Assembly (NCBI GenBank): GCA_963663865.1
Contig: OY760686.1
Span: 2,624,001-2,688,000 of the forward strand
Reading direction: 5' to 3'
DNA: 64,000 bases
DNA from: Spirochaetota bacterium
GTDB lineage: Bacteria; Spirochaetota; UBA4802; UBA5550
Below are positions 61,001 to 64,000 of this stretch, one piece after another. Made by a program: the position numbers and the translations under genes. Under the pieces are notes generated by a model that saw nothing but the letters and a program-made list of their open reading frames with translations, was not told the DNA's origin and did no database searches. Position 1 is the stretch's first letter, and each line of letters opens with the position of its first letter.

Positions 61001-63282
61001 ACCGTCTTGTAGCCGTCGCCTCCCCCTGTAAGGGCGGTGTTCCATGTCACTGTATATGGATATGACGATGCTGTACCGACCGGGTAATCGGACGTGCCGT
61101 CGTTGACAATAAACTCAACACGGTCAATGCCTGTCGAAGCCGAAGCAGAAGCGGATATGTCAACTGTCCCCCTGATAATGGAGGCAGCGGACGGGTTTTG
61201 CAGCGTCACCGAAGGGGCGCTGTTGTCGACCACAATATTCACTGTGTGCGGCGTACTGTTTCCCGCGTCGTCGTAAGCGATTACAGTCACGCTGTGGCTG
61301 CCGTCTGCCAGGGCCGTAGTGTCTATGGATGCCGACTCGTATGGAGCAGCCGTGTCCTGACTCGTTAGAGTATCATCCACATAAAACTCGACACGCGAAG
61401 CGCCCGAAGCGTTCGATGTTGCCGTTATCGAACCTGAGACGACCTGGCCTTCTGATGGTCCGGAAACCGAGACTCCGGCCGGGGCCGTATTGTCAACCGT
61501 GACATTGACCGAAGCGGACGACGGAATTCCGAGATAGTCGTACGCGGTCACCGTCACCGTATATGACGCGTCCGCTGCCGCCCGGCTGTCCCAGTTGTAC
61601 TGGAAGCTGCCGTCAGCGTTTTTAGTCGCTCGGTAGTCCGATCCATTAACGTTGACCATGACATAGTCGACTCCGGCCGCGTCAGCCGCGCTGACAAGAA
61701 CAGGCACTACGCCTCCTGCGTCGGCAGCTCCGGAAGGTGAAACAATTGTTACCGGTGACGGGCTGTCATTATCGACGTAGAGGTTCACTTCCCTTTCCGA
61801 AAAATTGCCCGCGCTGTCATAGGCCCTCACCGATACGGCGGTTGAACCAGAGTATCCGATTGTATCCCATGAGTACTCGTATTTACCGGAGACCAGTGCG
61901 CCGTCCGCCAGATAGCTTCCGTCCGCATAGAACTCAACCCTGTCAAGGGACAGGTTGTCAATCACTGATGCTGAAAGAGTCACGGTGCCGCTGACCACCG
62001 CGTTCTCTCTATGCGAGACAAGCACGATGGCTGAGGGAGCGCTGTTATCGACGTTTACACTCACTGAACCCGACTCTCCTCTGAGTCCGGCGCTGTTCCA
62101 GGCAGCCGCCTTCAGAGAGTGTGCGCCGTCGGAAAGGAGGGAGCTGTCGAGATTAAAGCTGAAAGGCTCCGTGCCGTCCTCTGCGAGAGCCGTGCCGTCA
62201 ACAAGCAGGGCTGTCCTTACGGCATTGGCCGCGGTTACGCTGACTGCGGCCGCGCCGCTCAAGGAAGCCCCTGGCGCGGGAGAGGTTATCGCCGCGGCGG
62301 GCATGCCGTTATCCACAAGGACTGACACTGTTGATTCCGAGGAGTTGCCCGCTCCGTCAAGCGCCACAGCGCGGATAGTCCCGGAAGTATAAACTGAGGT
62401 ATCCCATGCCGCGGTATAAGGGGGGGATAGTACTTCAGATATCAGTTCGGTTCCTGAATAAAAGCTGACCGACACAATCCCGCTGCTGTCCGATGCCGAA
62501 GCCGTTATCTGAACCGTTCCAGCCGCGGCGCTTCCGCCGGCGGGCGAGATGATGGAAACGAACGGATTAGTCCTGTCTGACACAAGATTGAGATAGGCCT
62601 GCGAGGTGTTTCCCGCGGCATCATACGCGACGGCCCTGATTCTCACCGGCCCGTCAGCTAACAGGGACGAGTCAATATCCGCCCCAAAAACATAGGGCCC
62701 CGAACCCGACGGGCTTTCAGATGTCGCAAGAAGGCTTGTGCCGCTGTAAAAATCGACCTTTGCGGGCCTCACCGACTCTGTTGAATCGTCATAGGCTGAC
62801 ACGGAAACAGCCAGAGTGCCGGTTGTAATATAATCTCCTTCAGCGGGTGATGTGAACTCAACCGCGGGCGCGATATTGTCAACAAGGAGAGTAACCGTCC
62901 TGGACGATGTCCTCACACCCTGCGCGTTGAACACTGCGGCCTCAAGGGTGATTGAAGAACCGTGCGCAAAGACCGTGCTGTTGCCGGTAAAGAGATTGAA
63001 CTGGTAAGGCGATGATGATGCCGTAAAGTAGAGAGCGCCGTTAACGTAGAACTCCACCCGGGACGCGTTGACATCGTGCTCAACGCCCGTCCTTATTATT
63101 GTATTAATACCAACAGGTGTTCCGTCAGCTACATTTGTTATGTCAATCACCGGGGCATCCGGGTCAACCGGGACGACATCGGTTCCGCCATCGCCGTCCG
63201 ATGAACACGAAGCGATAATCAAGGCCGTCAGGCACGAGGCAATCACGTTTATTATCCGGTAGTTTTTATTGTAAGCTTTCAT
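58003..63282 (-). CDS. Large surface lipoprotein: tandem bacterial Ig-like/PKD-like repeats plus a C-terminal 7-repeat propeller-like domain
   Basis: Lipobox LIIASC; many VDN.AP / VEFYV.G / A.AYD.AGN Ig repeats; seven G.Y.S...ISYYD...LKFA repeats at the C-terminus. Confidence 0.85.
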   Translation of the reverse strand: MKAYNKNYRIINVIASCLTALIIASCSSDGDGGTDVVPVDPDAPVIDITNVADGTPVGINTIIRTGVEHDVNASRVEFYVNGALYFTASSSPYQFNLFTGNSTVFAHGSSITLEAAVFNAQGVRTSSRTVTLLVDNIAPAVEFTSPAEGDYITTGTLAVSVSAYDDSTESVRPAKVDFYSGTSLLATSESPSGSGPYVFGADIDSSLLADGPVRIRAVAYDAAGNTSQAYLNLVSDRTNPFVSIISPAGGSAAAGTVQITASASDSSGIVSVSFYSGTELISEVLSPPYTAAWDTSVYTSGTIRAVALDGAGNSSESTVSVLVDNGMPAAAITSPAPGASLSGAAAVSVTAANAVRTALLVDGTALAEDGTEPFSFNLDSSLLSDGAHSLKAAAWNSAGLRGESGSVSVNVDNSAPSAIVLVSHRENAVVSGTVTLSASVIDNLSLDRVEFYADGSYLADGALVSGKYEYSWDTIGYSGSTAVSVRAYDSAGNFSEREVNLYVDNDSPSPVTIVSPSGAADAGGVVPVLVSAADAAGVDYVMVNVNGSDYRATKNADGSFQYNWDSRAAADASYTVTVTAYDYLGIPSSASVNVTVDNTAPAGVSVSGPSEGQVVSGSITATSNASGASRVEFYVDDTLTSQDTAAPYESASIDTTALADGSHSVTVIAYDDAGNSTPHTVNIVVDNSAPSVTLQNPSAASIIRGTVDISASASASTGIDRVEFIVNDGTSDYPVGTASSYPYTVTWNTALTGGGDGYKTVTAVAYNRAGGSSNSSAAGVLVDNTAPSPPDSDVTTAEIFIDNNARGTVTLVPTAVDPGAVPSGIQKITWTITGGGPPVIIAKRAIASEAFDTTALTDGAYSIALDSKDNAGNSSTGTTGITSIVVDNTAPVFSTGLSINSGDAYTNNPSVTLTNDVTDTNLYQMSLSGDNSQFSPWEAVNSPYVWNLSGTDFGRNLVDGSKTVYMHVRDKAGNAITVSDSIFLDTNDPTTYINEDTDIYINTASVIDGVSNDNVPSSGYSVTWSAVTVSGGGTANLSSTSVDDPTFNNPGGDGVYELTYSATDNAGNNSTPDVFNVHWDTTPPTANAGADKVFGPNTADRTLNGSATDDTVNDATAAIKSYLWSKDSGPGTVTFSDTAAAAPVFDAADFDGTYVLRLTATDLANNTHSDTVTVMWDSAAPTGSFAINEAYVAATAVTLNFSASDTLSGVTEMRFSETDGGGSWVAYSADAAYPFTLTGGDGTKTVYAEFRDAAGNVLKANDAVELDTGSPTAAISAPADLSVQTKTFNLNGTTSSDAETAIDTYLWEVVAGGTGTGTVNFADAASSSTACSADSNGTYIIRLTVTDMAGNSGSAQITIDWQGTVDPEPGDKGKFASIATYNNGTYDFVYACYYNETNGTLKFAQASDADTFATWDIQTVEDGVDGAGMGQYASLKIVEAGANLYLGISYYDADNGQLKFTYASTLISSGVFNAADLTTNITVADTTTSTNVGMYSSLVMMYSGTIVDAFISYHDEINGNLMLAYAHVGGAFAVRTVDTGGTNDVGEYTAITCVAAGGNYYNYIAYHDATAGSLKFTHQYCTTATFGSWNSETPTHTVVDTGTSLGKYTSIRTYKNVSNESLAYISYYDEGNHKLKFAFTPTVNTWGTWDNVDVDSSADVGQYSSLAMIDDTDAFITYYDVDNTALKYARAQKGAGWDMATWTTSTIDNGGGVSGVVGKYSSIDAMSNLEQYVGYYDETGGQIKFCWTNDAGATDWNYP

Positions 63283-63292
63283 GACTGCCCCC

Positions 63293-64000
63293 TCAATACT
63301 GCTTCACGTCAAAGTAAATGTTCCGCGCCCCGTCCCTGTAATCGTACCACATAAAGAGTCCTGAATAGGGCGGCGATGTCCCGTACACACCGGCTGCCGT
63401 TCCGAGAAGAGCGCTGTCAATAACGGACGGAATCCCGATACAGTAGCCGCTGTAATCGGCAGAGGCCCCTTCATCAGAGTCCCATCCGGGGGTTCCCGAA
63501 GATGAATACCTCTGCGCAAGGTAGCTGTAGCCTATCGTACTGTAGCCGGACCCGTCGGCCCACGATACTATAACGGCTCCGCTCCCCGCGCTCACTATTG
63601 AAAGCGATCCAGCAAAACCAGAAGCGGCCGCGGTTTGCGTGTAGGCTGATGAGCCTCCCGCGGTAAAGCACCTCAGCCTCACTGCCCCGTCCGATCCTGA
63701 GAATGCAGCTGCCGGCCTTCCGTTGCTGTCAACCGCCAGTGCCGAGGCGTAGCCTGAATCTCCGAGAGTCACCGCCGAAGCCCAGGTCACACCCGCCGCC
63801 GTCAGCGACGCGTCCCAGCGCCTGAGAAGCAGGCTCCCGCCGCTCTCATAGAGAAGATACAGCCCGCCGCTGCCGTCAAAGGCGGCGTCAACGAGAGTGG
63901 CTGTTCCCAGGCTGACACCCTCGGAGGCGGAGTTAGTTCCCGCGAGGAAAACTCCCTTCGCGTCAAGACGCTTAGCCCTTATAGTGCCTCCTGAGCTCTG
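63293..64000 (-). CDS. 3' part of a secreted beta-propeller-like protein (truncated by window edge)
   Basis: The frame stays open from 63790 to the window end by manual translation; DGSGG, W.D and AQR repeats, ending WYDYRDGARNIYF. Confidence 0.7.
   Translation of the reverse strand, partial: QSSGGTIRAKRLDAKGVFLAGTNSASEGVSLGTATLVDAAFDGSGGLYLLYESGGSLLLRRWDASLTAAGVTWASAVTLGDSGYASALAVDSNGRPAAAFSGSDGAVRLRCFTAGGSSAYTQTAAASGFAGSLSIVSAGSGAVIVSWADGSGYSTIGYSYLAQRYSSSGTPGWDSDEGASADYSGYCIGIPSVIDSALLGTAAGVYGTSPPYSGLFMWYDYRDGARNIYFDVKQY

Overview
A 64-kb gene-dense bacterial chromosomal window with no rRNA, tRNA, CRISPR array, transposase or prophage that I can see. The lineage is inferred, not proven: probably an anaerobic Spirochaetota relative of the Leptospirae, judging from the Leptospira-like ATP synthase c subunit with a C-terminal tail, many lipoproteins and a group-B-like [FeFe] hydrogenase. 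Core content: 5' half of the F-type ATP synthase operon (atpZ-B-E-F-H-A'), recA-map-folE2, leuA, sahR-like regulator plus ahcY, lysA, a frameshifted transketolase, ilvBNC, the futalosine menaquinone pathway in two clusters (mqnD/mqnB-like; ubiX-mqnE-mqnA-mqnC-menG), and dusB-acpS-ribBA. Accessory content: a LolA-like/ABC/beta-barrel cassette, a PAS-GAF-GGDEF cyclase, an AT-rich SGNH + SxtK/I/J-like carbamoyltransferase cluster, an AT-rich esterase + periplasmic binding protein + membrane-anchored AraC islet, and a 1759-aa Ig-repeat lipoprotein ending in seven propeller-like repeats. The most interesting signals are not in the ORF track: (i) two inverted copies of a modular structured intergenic element, with conserved end modules and GGA hairpins resembling CsrA/RsmA sites; (ii) a complete Leu-codon leader-peptide attenuator upstream of leuA; (iii) several unannotated small ORFs with strong ribosome-binding sites; (iv) a SahR-type operator. 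All family assignments come from motif recognition by eye; no searches were run.
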